A stretch of 64,000 bases of DNA from positions 1 to 64,000 of the IMG/VR virus record IMGVR_UViG_3300024255_000011. One strand, 5' to 3'. The notes under the pieces were generated by a model. It saw nothing but the letters and a program-made list of their open reading frames with translations. It ran no database searches and was not told the DNA's origin. This DNA comes from a virus. The position numbers and the translations under genes were made by a program. Shown here piece by piece: positions 1 through 9,116 of this stretch (positions are counted from its first letter, which is position 1; every line of letters starts with the position of its first letter).

Positions 1-1
1 A

Positions 2-2068
2 CAGGACCCTCTGGTGTTGAGTGCACTGAACTTCACTGCTAAGTCAACTGAAGAGAATAACAGGACAAGATTGAAGGGTCAGGATGGAAAGGCAGACTCA
101 CAGGATAATGCGTTTACAAAGGCAGAAGTTGGTGGAATCACAACACCAGGTAATGATAACAGAGACACACAAAGTGATGCAGATAAAGCAAGAGACACCC
201 ACCTAACTGACGCTGATGCAACAAAGTGTGGTAGCAAGGCAGAGTTGGAGAGTAAGAGATCAAAATCCATAAAGAATGACCCCCAGTCTAAACAAGCACC
301 CTGGGCACAAAGCACTAATGTCCAACAGGGTGATGGGATGTGTGGGACTATTGCCCATGCACAAGAGGACATCCAGAATAAACTTCAGGAGATGATACCT
401 CCACAGATGCGCAGGTTTATATTCAATGATGGTGTATGGGATGTGGTGACTGGTGACTGGACAGATATGAATGGTATCTACGCTCAGTTGGCAACCATCA
501 TCTGTAATGAGTTGAAGATGCCCATCAACTCCTCCAAGTCATTCAAAAATGAACTGAACAGGTCACTAAGGTCTGTCCTAATAGGAACCATGCCAGATAG
601 GGATGGGTTTGCTCGCGAGAAAGCAGAGAAGGCAATGTCCATAGTGGATGACTTGTTCAATGGCATCTTCCAGAAATCATTTATTGACATCCTCTGTTCA
701 TTGATAATGAACATGCTATCTGCAATGAATAACAATGGGGATGATAAAAACAATGACAACAGACAAGGCAACAGAGGTCCTAACACAAACACCTCACTCA
801 CCAATCTAGAAGCGAGATGTATCTCTGAAACCATTGTCAATAATGTTTCTATTATGACAGAGGCTGCCCTTGAAGCGGCGTATTCCAACGCAGAAGCAAT
901 GGGAGAAAGTGGAGGATCAGATGAAACATTAGAAGGCATCTTAAGTATCCTCGGTGGACTATCCAATGTAATGATGTTCCCTATGATACAGAAGTATACA
1001 TTGAGACCGGATGTATTCAATGCAGCAGGACCTGCTTCACAGGACATCCTGACAAAAATAACAGGTTGTCGTATGGATAGAACATACAACACAGAACTGG
1101 GTGCCTTGGGTTCCCTTATGGGGTTCTCTGGTGGTGGTTCTGGTAGTAGTGGCGGTGGCGGAGGTTCAGGTTCTGATAACAGCAGAGGACTTGACAGGTA
1201 TGAGAACACAGGGTTTGGTGGAGCTCCACTAAACAATGCGAACACAGAAATGACCAATGATATGTGTGACGAAGCATATCAAATACCTTATAAGGATGGT
1301 GACCCCATTCCTGATATGGTAAACACACCCATAAACTCAGGGGACAACAACAGATTGGATGACCCATACATCAAGTTGCCTGCAGGCAATAATGGTATGG
1401 CGAAACCCATTTCACTTCCTAGTTTGGACAAACAATGTGCTAAGAACTTTATCAATGGCACACCCAACCAGGTAGTTGTTATCAGGAAAGGACTTAAGTA
1501 TTTCTTCAATAATGATAAGGATTCAAACAAAACATTCCCATCTGTATTCATCAAAGGTTATGAAGGAACTCCTGTACCAGTAGTGGATAGAGAGAGTGGA
1601 GAACTGGTAGCAATCCTAACAAATTGTAAGGCTTTCAACCCCAACTTCCCCAACGCAAATGTGAGTATCATTTCTGACAATAATGAAACTGGCATCACCA
1701 CTGATGACCCTAACTATGATGTCACATTGGGTGGTTTCTTTATCGCCAACACTGGGTTTGAATATTGTGAGCCACAAATTGAAATCATTGACAGGGACAA
1801 GGGTATCAGCACCAATGCCAGCTGTAAACTGGTTGTTGTTGAGGGTAGGATTGTTGATTACGACATCATAAATAATGGTACGGGGTTCAAGAGAATTCCA
1901 GATATCAGAATAACTGATAGTGGCGTAACCTGTAACACCAAAGGTGGGTATGGGGCTAAGTTATATCCCATTATGTCAGTGGTTGAAAGAGAAAGTAAGG
2001 CAGCCAAACAGAAATTGCCACCCGTAAATATGTCATTCTGTCCCAGCAATCAAACTAATTTTTATTAA
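2..2068 (+). CDS. Baseplate hub / gp5-associated structural protein, 5'-truncated by the window
   Basis: Frame is open from base 2 (no stop upstream of the GTG at 14). C-terminal beta module 'KLVVVEGRIVDYDIINNGTGF' is typical of cyanophage baseplate proteins. TAATG-coupled to the gp5-like gene. Confidence 0.6.
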   Translation, partial: QDPLVLSALNFTAKSTEENNRTRLKGQDGKADSQDNAFTKAEVGGITTPGNDNRDTQSDADKARDTHLTDADATKCGSKAELESKRSKSIKNDPQSKQAPWAQSTNVQQGDGMCGTIAHAQEDIQNKLQEMIPPQMRRFIFNDGVWDVVTGDWTDMNGIYAQLATIICNELKMPINSSKSFKNELNRSLRSVLIGTMPDRDGFAREKAEKAMSIVDDLFNGIFQKSFIDILCSLIMNMLSAMNNNGDDKNNDNRQGNRGPNTNTSLTNLEARCISETIVNNVSIMTEAALEAAYSNAEAMGESGGSDETLEGILSILGGLSNVMMFPMIQKYTLRPDVFNAAGPASQDILTKITGCRMDRTYNTELGALGSLMGFSGGGSGSSGGGGGSGSDNSRGLDRYENTGFGGAPLNNANTEMTNDMCDEAYQIPYKDGDPIPDMVNTPINSGDNNRLDDPYIKLPAGNNGMAKPISLPSLDKQCAKNFINGTPNQVVVIRKGLKYFFNNDKDSNKTFPSVFIKGYEGTPVPVVDRESGELVAILTNCKAFNPNFPNANVSIISDNNETGITTDDPNYDVTLGGFFIANTGFEYCEPQIEIIDRDKGISTNASCKLVVVEGRIVDYDIINNGTGFKRIPDIRITDSGVTCNTKGGYGAKLYPIMSVVERESKAAKQKLPPVNMSFCPSNQTNFY

Positions 2069-2991
2069 TGGCTCATAAAATTAAAGATGAGAGACAGGAG
2101 TATCAATTCACAGGTGGATTCACCACACCATCTGGACACTCATTTGAGTACTATGACACTCCTGATAATGAAAGGCTCGTACTTCGTCATTCCTCTGGCT
2201 CACACTTAGAGTTCAAGGCAGATGGAAGTATAATTATCAAGTCCCTTAAGGACATTCACACCCAAGGGTCCATCTTATCTACTGGTAGTGGTGACGAACA
2301 GAGTGCAGATACCACAACCACTCGTTATGACACTGACCACACCCTTGAGGTGGGTGGAACACTGAACATCAAGTGCTCTAACCTAAACATTGAAACAGGT
2401 GGTAAGACCGCAATGTTCTCTGGCACTGACTTTGAGATCAAGGCAAACAACATTATGGAGAGAGCAACAGAAGGAATCTCTGTTGAAGCATCCAAATCAA
2501 TCTACCTCGACACAAATGAATTCAAACAAAGATCCGTTACCACTCGTCAAGAAACTGGTAATAAAGAAGATGGTACTCCTGGCGGTCTTAACGTGCTTAA
2601 TGTACATGGCAACGCCGTCATACAGAACAACGACCCCCTTGGAGGTATCACCATCAGTTCCAAAGGATACCTAAACCTGGTATGTGGTGCAGAAAGAGTT
2701 GATGTCACAGGTTTCTGGGTACCCACACCATCAGCGTTAGGTATGGCAACTTACACACACTATGTGTTACCTGGGGTTGGAGTAATGAATAAATCCAAAA
2801 CACCTGGTGATTCCATGACAATTGTCAGCACTAATAACACAGAAGTTGTAGGTCTTGCTGATACTAAAACTGTAGGCACTCACCTAACAGAGACAGTAGG
2901 ACTAAACAGAGTCAGAAATGTAGGACTCAATGAAGTAGTTAACATTGGTGGACTCCAGGCGACATTTGCTAAAAAGATATTTCTAAACTAA
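2068..2991 (+). CDS. gp5: gp5-like baseplate central spike, C-terminal beta-helix part (no lysozyme domain visible)
   Basis: 'TPSGHSFEYYDTPDNERLVLRHSSGSHLEF' motif and C-terminal VG-x6 repeats (TEVVGLAD TKTVGTHL TETVGLNR VRNVGLNE). PAAR gene lies downstream. Confidence 0.8.
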   Translation: MAHKIKDERQEYQFTGGFTTPSGHSFEYYDTPDNERLVLRHSSGSHLEFKADGSIIIKSLKDIHTQGSILSTGSGDEQSADTTTTRYDTDHTLEVGGTLNIKCSNLNIETGGKTAMFSGTDFEIKANNIMERATEGISVEASKSIYLDTNEFKQRSVTTRQETGNKEDGTPGGLNVLNVHGNAVIQNNDPLGGITISSKGYLNLVCGAERVDVTGFWVPTPSALGMATYTHYVLPGVGVMNKSKTPGDSMTIVSTNNTEVVGLADTKTVGTHLTETVGLNRVRNVGLNEVVNIGGLQATFAKKIFLN

Positions 2992-3923
2992 TGACTGGAA
3001 CTCCACCTCCCGCTCCCATTGTAACAAGCGGTTTCGAATATAATATTGTCCCTGGATCTATTGCTGAATCACCAAGTGGTTCATGGACAGGAGAAACTTT
3101 CAGTGACATTCCATCTGCCATTGTGTTGAATGGGTACAGAGTGTCATCAAGATATTATGTTGAGACATGTACACCCACAACAATTGATCCCAACAATGGA
3201 GAACAACTGTATAAGTGTACAAGATCATTCCCTGCATGGGAGTTGATAAGTCAAACCCTGGTAAAATCTTCACCATCAAGACAAGTTTTTGACACAGACA
3301 CTGGTGATGAACTCTTCACATCAACTCCAGGAATTTATATTGGATGGTCTGATGAAGGTGGAATCACTGATGGCACAAAGTATGAGTATGTGAGAGTGTT
3401 TGATCAATCAGACATCTCATACATCCCAAGAGCGTCAACAATCAATCAACCAGTGATTAATAAACCCACCACCATGCCAAGTGGTCCTGAAAAATATCTT
3501 ATTGATACCATTACTTCTTTTGTTCCTGACCCCAGAGAATCAGTGGATATAACTTATCTTCTGACAACTGTGTGGAGTTTGGGTGGCGTGGAGATGACAG
3601 AAAGTATGAGTATCACACATACCTTAAGTCAAAACCTTGGTGATGTTGCAGGCAAGTTGAGGTCATACCTAGAAAGATCTTATTACAGTTACGGATTGTA
3701 TCACATTCAGTTACACGAAATGGAAGAGGAAGATTTGTATGATGATGGTGGCAATCTTGTTAGACCTGAAGCATACAAGGTACCAGTTTACAACAACAAA
3801 AAATTATTAAACTCTGTGTCACCAGTAACAACAGATGACATTCTTGGTGAAGTATTAGGTACTGATGCTGGAACTATAGAAAACCTTATTCATATGATTG
3901 ACGACTACAAATTCCCGGAGTAA
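2991..3923 (+). CDS. Hypothetical protein, probably baseplate-associated
   Basis: 310-aa ORF TAATG-coupled to gp5, lying between gp5 and PAAR. Confidence 0.6.
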   Translation: MTGTPPPAPIVTSGFEYNIVPGSIAESPSGSWTGETFSDIPSAIVLNGYRVSSRYYVETCTPTTIDPNNGEQLYKCTRSFPAWELISQTLVKSSPSRQVFDTDTGDELFTSTPGIYIGWSDEGGITDGTKYEYVRVFDQSDISYIPRASTINQPVINKPTTMPSGPEKYLIDTITSFVPDPRESVDITYLLTTVWSLGGVEMTESMSITHTLSQNLGDVAGKLRSYLERSYYSYGLYHIQLHEMEEEDLYDDGGNLVRPEAYKVPVYNNKKLLNSVSPVTTDDILGEVLGTDAGTIENLIHMIDDYKFPE

Positions 3924-3925
3924 TT

Positions 3926-4222
3926 ATGTCAAGACCAGCAACTAGAATTGGCGACTTAGATATCGTCCACGACTGCGAAGTTCCTGTAAGAATAGTAGGC
4001 AGTGAAAATGTATTTGTAAATGGCATTCCATGGTCAAGGATGGGAGATGTTAACACTGCACACAGATATGGGCGCAAATGTGATAACATCCACTCAGCAC
4101 CTATTGCAACTGGTTCAACCTCTGTGTTTGTAAATGGCAGAGGAGCAGGTCGCATTGGCGACTCAGTTGCAGGGTGTACAATGGTTGCAACTGGTAGTGA
4201 CAATGTATTTGCGGGGGGTTAG
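3926..4222 (+). CDS. PAAR-repeat spike tip protein (T4 gp5.4-like)
   Basis: PATRIGD / WSRMGD / GAGRIGD repeats, GSxxVFVNG, Cys/His ligands, ends NVFAGG. Confidence 0.92.
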   Translation: MSRPATRIGDLDIVHDCEVPVRIVGSENVFVNGIPWSRMGDVNTAHRYGRKCDNIHSAPIATGSTSVFVNGRGAGRIGDSVAGCTMVATGSDNVFAGG

Positions 4223-5940
4223 GAGTATTGAGAGAACCCCTTGATGCGGTTCACTTCAATGCATCTGTCAAACTTATCCTTAAATCCTCCATTGAGAGTA
4301 TGGTCAATAACAACCACATTAGTACCTTCCAACTTATACCTGAGAATAGTAAGTAGACATTCCTTTCCCACCTCATCAAGTGAAGAGGAGAACACCTCAT
4401 CAAGAATAAGAAGGTTAGTATGAACTGAGTTCTTCATCTTACCAATCTCCCTCCAAGTAAAACACAATGCCAAATCTATTCTTGCCTTCTGCCCTTCTGA
4501 GAAGGAAGCGTAAGAGAAGTCTTGGTGCATGGGTGAAGATACAGACTCATTAAACTCCTCATCCAACACAAAGTGAATTGGGAAGTCCAGTTCTGTACAG
4601 TGTCTGCGGATACAATTGTTCATCACAGGCAGATACTTCTTAACAATCTGTGCTTTGATTCCACCATCCTTAAGTAAGTCCACAACAGTATTGTGCTCTA
4701 CAATATCTTCTTGTATTTTAAATATCTTTTCCTTTAGATCAGTCTGGTCCTCTTCCATGATCTCTAACTTACCCAGTTCCTTATCCACAGAACTTGTGTC
4801 TTGCATTAGATGACAAAGTTTATTATCCATAGTGGCGATCTCTCTCTGGTGAGAGTTTACTTCAGTTTGATACTGAAACACAGAGTTTTGCAGTGACTGA
4901 ACATGTTTCTGTCTCTGCTCACCAATCCTTATAAGGTACTGGAAGCTTTCCATTTGATCTGATGCCTGCACACATGCATCATTCAGTTTCTTTGCTTCAT
5001 TTATGTTACCTGAAATGATAAGTTGCTTGACAGCAAACTCAATGTCCTGCTTACACACAGGGCAGTTATCATGATCCTCATAGAACTTAGAGTCAAGATT
5101 AATTTTGTCAATCTTGGATTGCATCTTAACAACAATGTTATTAAGTTCTTTAAGTTTCTTACTTGGGTTAGTTTTTAATTCTTGTTGTGCAAGTTTGATG
5201 ACCTGTTTCTCATTCTCTCTTACTCTATCAATAGTAGATTGCAAGTGATCAACCTTTTTGTGTCTTTCCTCAAGTGAATCTTTAATCTCTTTGATGTTGA
5301 AGTTAGATTGATTATTGAGTTCTTCAATCCTATCTTTCTGTAAATCAATCTTATAACAGAGGTTACTTAGATCACCTGTGAGTTCCACCTGCCTGTCCTT
5401 CAGAGACCTTAGGCGATCCTTCGCCATAACAGACATAAGAGAGAACACTTTGATGTCTAGGAAGTCCTCAACACACTCACGACGACCCACAGTGGGGAGT
5501 TGCATGAAAGGAGTGTAAGAGGCAGAACCAAGGATAACAACCTGACAGAAACTCTTGAAGGTTAGTTTCAGGATGTTCTGTTCCAGGTGTGTCTGGTTGT
5601 CCTTATCTGCTGCCTTTGCTAACAACCTTTCACCATTCTTCCAAATCTCAAACACCTTAGGTTTAGCACCACGCACCACCATAAATTCATTCTTACCAAT
5701 GGTAAAAACAATTTCAGTCAACATCCCCTTCTTATTCTGAGTGTTGATGAGTTGTGGCAAACGAATTGCCCTGAACGGTTTATTGAACAGAGCAAAGGTT
5801 AGAGCATCAAGGATTGTGGACTTACCACTACCATTGGTGCCATGGATTAAAGTTGTTTTACTAGAGTTGAGATTGATGGTAACTGGAATGTTACCAGTTG
5901 AAAGAAAGTTCTTAAACGTCAGTGTCTTGAAGACGATCAT
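4219..5940 (-). CDS. gp46: Recombination exonuclease subunit, SbcC/Rad50-like ATPase
   Basis: KNFLSTGN, Walker A GTNGSGKST, zinc hook CPVC, signature FSEGQK, Walker B LILDEVF. Confidence 0.97.
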   Translation of the reverse strand: MIVFKTLTFKNFLSTGNIPVTINLNSSKTTLIHGTNGSGKSTILDALTFALFNKPFRAIRLPQLINTQNKKGMLTEIVFTIGKNEFMVVRGAKPKVFEIWKNGERLLAKAADKDNQTHLEQNILKLTFKSFCQVVILGSASYTPFMQLPTVGRRECVEDFLDIKVFSLMSVMAKDRLRSLKDRQVELTGDLSNLCYKIDLQKDRIEELNNQSNFNIKEIKDSLEERHKKVDHLQSTIDRVRENEKQVIKLAQQELKTNPSKKLKELNNIVVKMQSKIDKINLDSKFYEDHDNCPVCKQDIEFAVKQLIISGNINEAKKLNDACVQASDQMESFQYLIRIGEQRQKHVQSLQNSVFQYQTEVNSHQREIATMDNKLCHLMQDTSSVDKELGKLEIMEEDQTDLKEKIFKIQEDIVEHNTVVDLLKDGGIKAQIVKKYLPVMNNCIRRHCTELDFPIHFVLDEEFNESVSSPMHQDFSYASFSEGQKARIDLALCFTWREIGKMKNSVHTNLLILDEVFSSSLDEVGKECLLTILRYKLEGTNVVVIDHTLNGGFKDKFDRCIEVNRIKGFSQYS

Positions 5941-6217
5941 TATTAAGTGATGCTAGTAGGGTTTCCATTTTAGGAATAACAAAGTCACCTGGCTCAACTA
6001 TACAATAAGCATAACCAAGAACAGTACAAAGTTTTTCCAGTGATTCTATTTCGACTTCAGTCACATGTAGAGGTTGGTCTACAGCCTCCAGTTGTACATT
6101 ATAAGTGATGGCATCATCTTTGTCAATGAACATTTGAATCATTGCGTTGCCATCACCATCAAGCGTAGCAAAGGTACCAGAATCTATATCATCAATCTTT
6201 CTGGTTAGAATAAACAT
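5912..6217 (-). CDS. Conserved cyanophage protein, DUF3110-like
   Basis: 'MFIDKDDAITYNVQLEA...CTVLGY...PGDFVIP' resembles the cyanobacterial 'FE..DDA.RY..LLEA' family. Lies between gp47 and gp46. Confidence 0.65.
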   Translation of the reverse strand: MFILTRKIDDIDSGTFATLDGDGNAMIQMFIDKDDAITYNVQLEAVDQPLHVTEVEIESLEKLCTVLGYAYCIVEPGDFVIPKMETLLASLNNDRLQDTDV

Positions 6218-7257
6218 TACACCTCCTGGGCTTCTATGTAAAGAGACTTGAGAATACCAATAACATTTGTTTTATCTACACCACCCTCCATCGCATTCAC
6301 ATAGTTGGTGAGTGTGGTAAGCGTGTCCTCTGACTCAATCTCTACATCATCATCAATTGTGAGATCCTGATTCTCAATCACCTTAAGGTCATGGACACCT
6401 GCCTCATATAATTTATCCATCAACACAGACAACTTTCTTGGTGTGGATTTCTCTACAACCAATTTCACCTGTGTGTTGGAGTACTTATTTGGGTTAATTA
6501 GTTTTGGTTTATCTTCATTATAATAAATCTTCTGGAACATTTGGTAAGGGTTCTCAATGAACTCCAGTTCCTGTGACACCATATCAAAGATGTGGAATCC
6601 TCTGGTGTCACCCTCATCATTCCAGTACAACTGGTAAGGGTTACCCAAGTAAGTTACATTACCTGATGAGTTTTTCTTATGGAAGTGTCCAGAAAATACC
6701 TTATCAAACCTGGAGAAGATCTTAGAATCTGTACCATGCTGACACTGGTAATCTCTGTTAGCATAAAATCCAGCAAGTTCTAAATGACCCCAAGCCAATG
6801 ACGCGTTGGTTGAGTCCAGTTCGTTAACAAACTCTTCTGCGTTTCCTTCGCAGATCCAGGGGATGACAAGTACGGGAACCTCATGGAAAACCGCTGTTGT
6901 TGGTCTGTCATATACTGTGACATTTTCATACTCTTGGAGGTTGAGTCCAGGAGAGTTGATAGATAAGCTCTGCTTGTAGAAGATGTCATGGTTACCTACA
7001 ATAATGTGTGTGTCAATGTTGCGAGCGGCAAGGGGGTCAAAGAATACCCTCTTTGCCCAGTCAAGTGACCAGTAGTCAATGCCTTTCCTGACGTCGAAGC
7101 AGTCGCCAAGGTGTACAACAGTGTCAATGCCACGCTCATCAAGAGCAGGAAAAAATACTTCCTCATAAAATTTCTCAAAATAATCATGGAAGATTTGGTT
7201 GCCCTTACGTACACCGAAGTGAGTGTCCGTAATAATTGCTACTTTACTACTGGACAT
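6217..7257 (-). CDS. gp47: Recombination endonuclease subunit, SbcD/Mre11-like
   Basis: Metallophosphoesterase motifs TDTHFG, HLGD, VGNHD, SGHFH, YLGNPY. Confidence 0.97.
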   Translation of the reverse strand: MSSSKVAIITDTHFGVRKGNQIFHDYFEKFYEEVFFPALDERGIDTVVHLGDCFDVRKGIDYWSLDWAKRVFFDPLAARNIDTHIIVGNHDIFYKQSLSINSPGLNLQEYENVTVYDRPTTAVFHEVPVLVIPWICEGNAEEFVNELDSTNASLAWGHLELAGFYANRDYQCQHGTDSKIFSRFDKVFSGHFHKKNSSGNVTYLGNPYQLYWNDEGDTRGFHIFDMVSQELEFIENPYQMFQKIYYNEDKPKLINPNKYSNTQVKLVVEKSTPRKLSVLMDKLYEAGVHDLKVIENQDLTIDDDVEIESEDTLTTLTNYVNAMEGGVDKTNVIGILKSLYIEAQEV

Positions 7258-7259
7258 AA

Positions 7260-7481
7260 TCAGTTTATGTTTTCTGTCAATTTATTTTCAACTCTATCCA
7301 ACTCTAAGATTTGATTGACGTGATACTTACGCCAGTCATCAATCGCAAGTTTAAAACCAGAGATTAGATTATCACTTACTTCTGGTGACGTGTGTTGGAT
7401 GTCAGCAATAATGTCTGCAAATTGTTCTGCATAAAATTGAACTGTTCCATATTCAGGTCCAGGATAGTAAACTTTGTCCAT
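7260..7481 (-). CDS. Hypothetical protein
   Basis: 73-aa ORF in operon context, 2 nt upstream of gp47. Confidence 0.65.
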   Translation of the reverse strand: MDKVYYPGPEYGTVQFYAEQFADIIADIQHTSPEVSDNLISGFKLAIDDWRKYHVNQILELDRVENKLTENIN

Positions 7482-7498
7482 AATTAATAGAGTTGTGG

Positions 7499-8008
7499 TT
7501 ATGCCCTTCCAAACTTTTGGAGATAAGCTACATCCATATTATAATCGTCTTCTTCCTGTGTGTCAAGCTCCTCTCTAATCCCAGACTCAGCACCATCAGG
7601 TTGTTGAACATCTGTAGGGATCTCTTTCTCCATTGGTGTTCTCATGTCATCAGGGGTTACCTGATCCATTCTCTGCACCAGTTCATCCTTAGCTAAGATG
7701 GACAGATGATCAGCGTCCTTTTCAATTCTGATGTTCTTTTTATTATTATCTTTCTGTACTCTGCCTAAGGTGGCAGCAAGTTGTGCTTTCTGTTGTGGAT
7801 CTCCAGTGTCCACTTCACCATACACGTGCTCATGAGCACCTGTAGGATCCATCCCAGAAGCCCTGGCCAGATCTACTTTCTTTCTCTCTTGTGTGACAGG
7901 GTGCTCATAGTCATCCTCATTGGGACTCCCCACTGTAGGGGATGGTGGTTCCATTTCAGTCCCTAGAAGGCTTTCATATAAGTCCCACAGTTTGTTTAAT
8001 GGATCCAT
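7499..8008 (-). CDS. Hypothetical acidic protein, late-expressed
   Basis: 169-aa ORF with SD-like GAGGT, late promoter at 8090-8096 and a structured leader. Confidence 0.7.
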   Translation of the reverse strand: MDPLNKLWDLYESLLGTEMEPPSPTVGSPNEDDYEHPVTQERKKVDLARASGMDPTGAHEHVYGEVDTGDPQQKAQLAATLGRVQKDNNKKNIRIEKDADHLSILAKDELVQRMDQVTPDDMRTPMEKEIPTDVQQPDGAESGIREELDTQEEDDYNMDVAYLQKFGRA

Positions 8009-8092
8009 AATACCTCTTGGTGTGGGAGAAGGGGTCCAACAGGACCCTCACTTCTCCACCTACGGTAGCGAAAATACGATAGGCTCTGTTAT

Positions 8093-8578
8093 TTATTGCC
8101 TTCCTTGACGCTTCTGATCCACTACATCTTTGATGCTATTATATTCTGAGGAACTACCCAGTTGATCACTCTCAAAGAATTCCTCAAACCCAGATTTAGC
8201 AATAATTTTATCACAGATCTCAATCTGTTTCTTCTCTTTACCAATCCTTCTAATGAAGGCGTACCAACATACCTGTGTAAAATAAGAGAAAGGATTCTGA
8301 GACTTCTCTGGATCAAACCTGTGACAATACACCACACAATTCTCCACTGCATCCATCACCATGTCCTGTCTGTACATGTAGTTGGAGAAGTTAGGTCTCA
8401 TTGAGAGGTGCTCAGCAATGTCTAGGAAACACTTACCAATGTATCTGGGGATGATAGGTCTAGGTTGCTCAAGGTCCTTAGCCTCATCACATGCCTTTCT
8501 GAACTTTACCATTGCTGCATAGAACTCTTTATTGTCTATGAAGTTATTCTTTCTGCGCTTTGGTTTGATGTCACTCAT
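8093..8578 (-). CDS. gp55: Late-transcription sigma factor
   Basis: 'NNFIDNKEFYAAM', 'YIGKCFLDIAEHLS.RPNF.NY.Y..DMV.DAVENC', 'NPFSYFTQ...AFIRRI.KEKKQ'. Confidence 0.97.
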   Translation of the reverse strand: MSDIKPKRRKNNFIDNKEFYAAMVKFRKACDEAKDLEQPRPIIPRYIGKCFLDIAEHLSMRPNFSNYMYRQDMVMDAVENCVVYCHRFDPEKSQNPFSYFTQVCWYAFIRRIGKEKKQIEICDKIIAKSGFEEFFESDQLGSSSEYNSIKDVVDQKRQGRQ

Positions 8579-8628
8579 ATGGTCCTTTATTTGTTATTAT
8601 TATAATCCCTTTATTGAGATTAGTTAAC

Positions 8629-8694
8629 TTAACACACTTCATCATTAGTGTTATACTTGTAGTGTAACAACAAATGGGATGAGTAGCTTAGCTA
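8629..8694 (+). promoter_or_regulatory. Sigma70-type (early) promoter element, copy 1 of a duplicated 66-67 bp element
   Basis: TTAACA-17 bp-TATACT with extended -10 TG. About 88% identical to 39849-39915. Confidence 0.75.
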
Positions 8695-9116
8695 TCAGTT
8701 GATAAGTCAGGACTGCCATCAAAGATGCCCTCTAGTTTCTTTCTAAAGGAATCTATCTTATCAACAAACCCTGGATTCTTTTTGGTTTCAACCTTTCTTT
8801 TGATTGGAGAAGTTACTTTAGCAGCGATGAGAGCTTTCTCATAAAATTCAATACCGAATTTATCTAACTCTGACATCGTAACAACGTGTGTGCGATTCAC
8901 AATGGTGAGATCGTCATTAGAAAATAACATCCATCGTTTAGGAATAAGACCAGAGATTACAACTCCCTTCTCTGTGTCTATTGTAGTGTTCTCATTAATT
9001 GTTATGGGGTTAGACAATACATAAAAGTCTGTGCCATTTTCCTCTGTTGAATACACTTCTGCAAGAACTTCCTCACCAGTAATCATTTTGATTGTGGCGT
9101 GAAATGGATCTAACAT
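8688..9116 (-). CDS. Conserved T4-like hypothetical protein downstream of uvsW (Sm-like fold suspected)
   Basis: 'ATIKMITGEEVLAEV...LSNPI...PKRWMLFSNDD' pattern and position directly after uvsW. Confidence 0.7.
   Translation of the reverse strand: MLDPFHATIKMITGEEVLAEVYSTEENGTDFYVLSNPITINENTTIDTEKGVVISGLIPKRWMLFSNDDLTIVNRTHVVTMSELDKFGIEFYEKALIAAKVTSPIKRKVETKKNPGFVDKIDSFRKKLEGIFDGSPDLSTDS

Noticed and set aside
484-1257. 257-aa - strand ORF
   Set aside because: Antisense shadow of the baseplate gene; the poly-Pro stretch mirrors its Gly linker.
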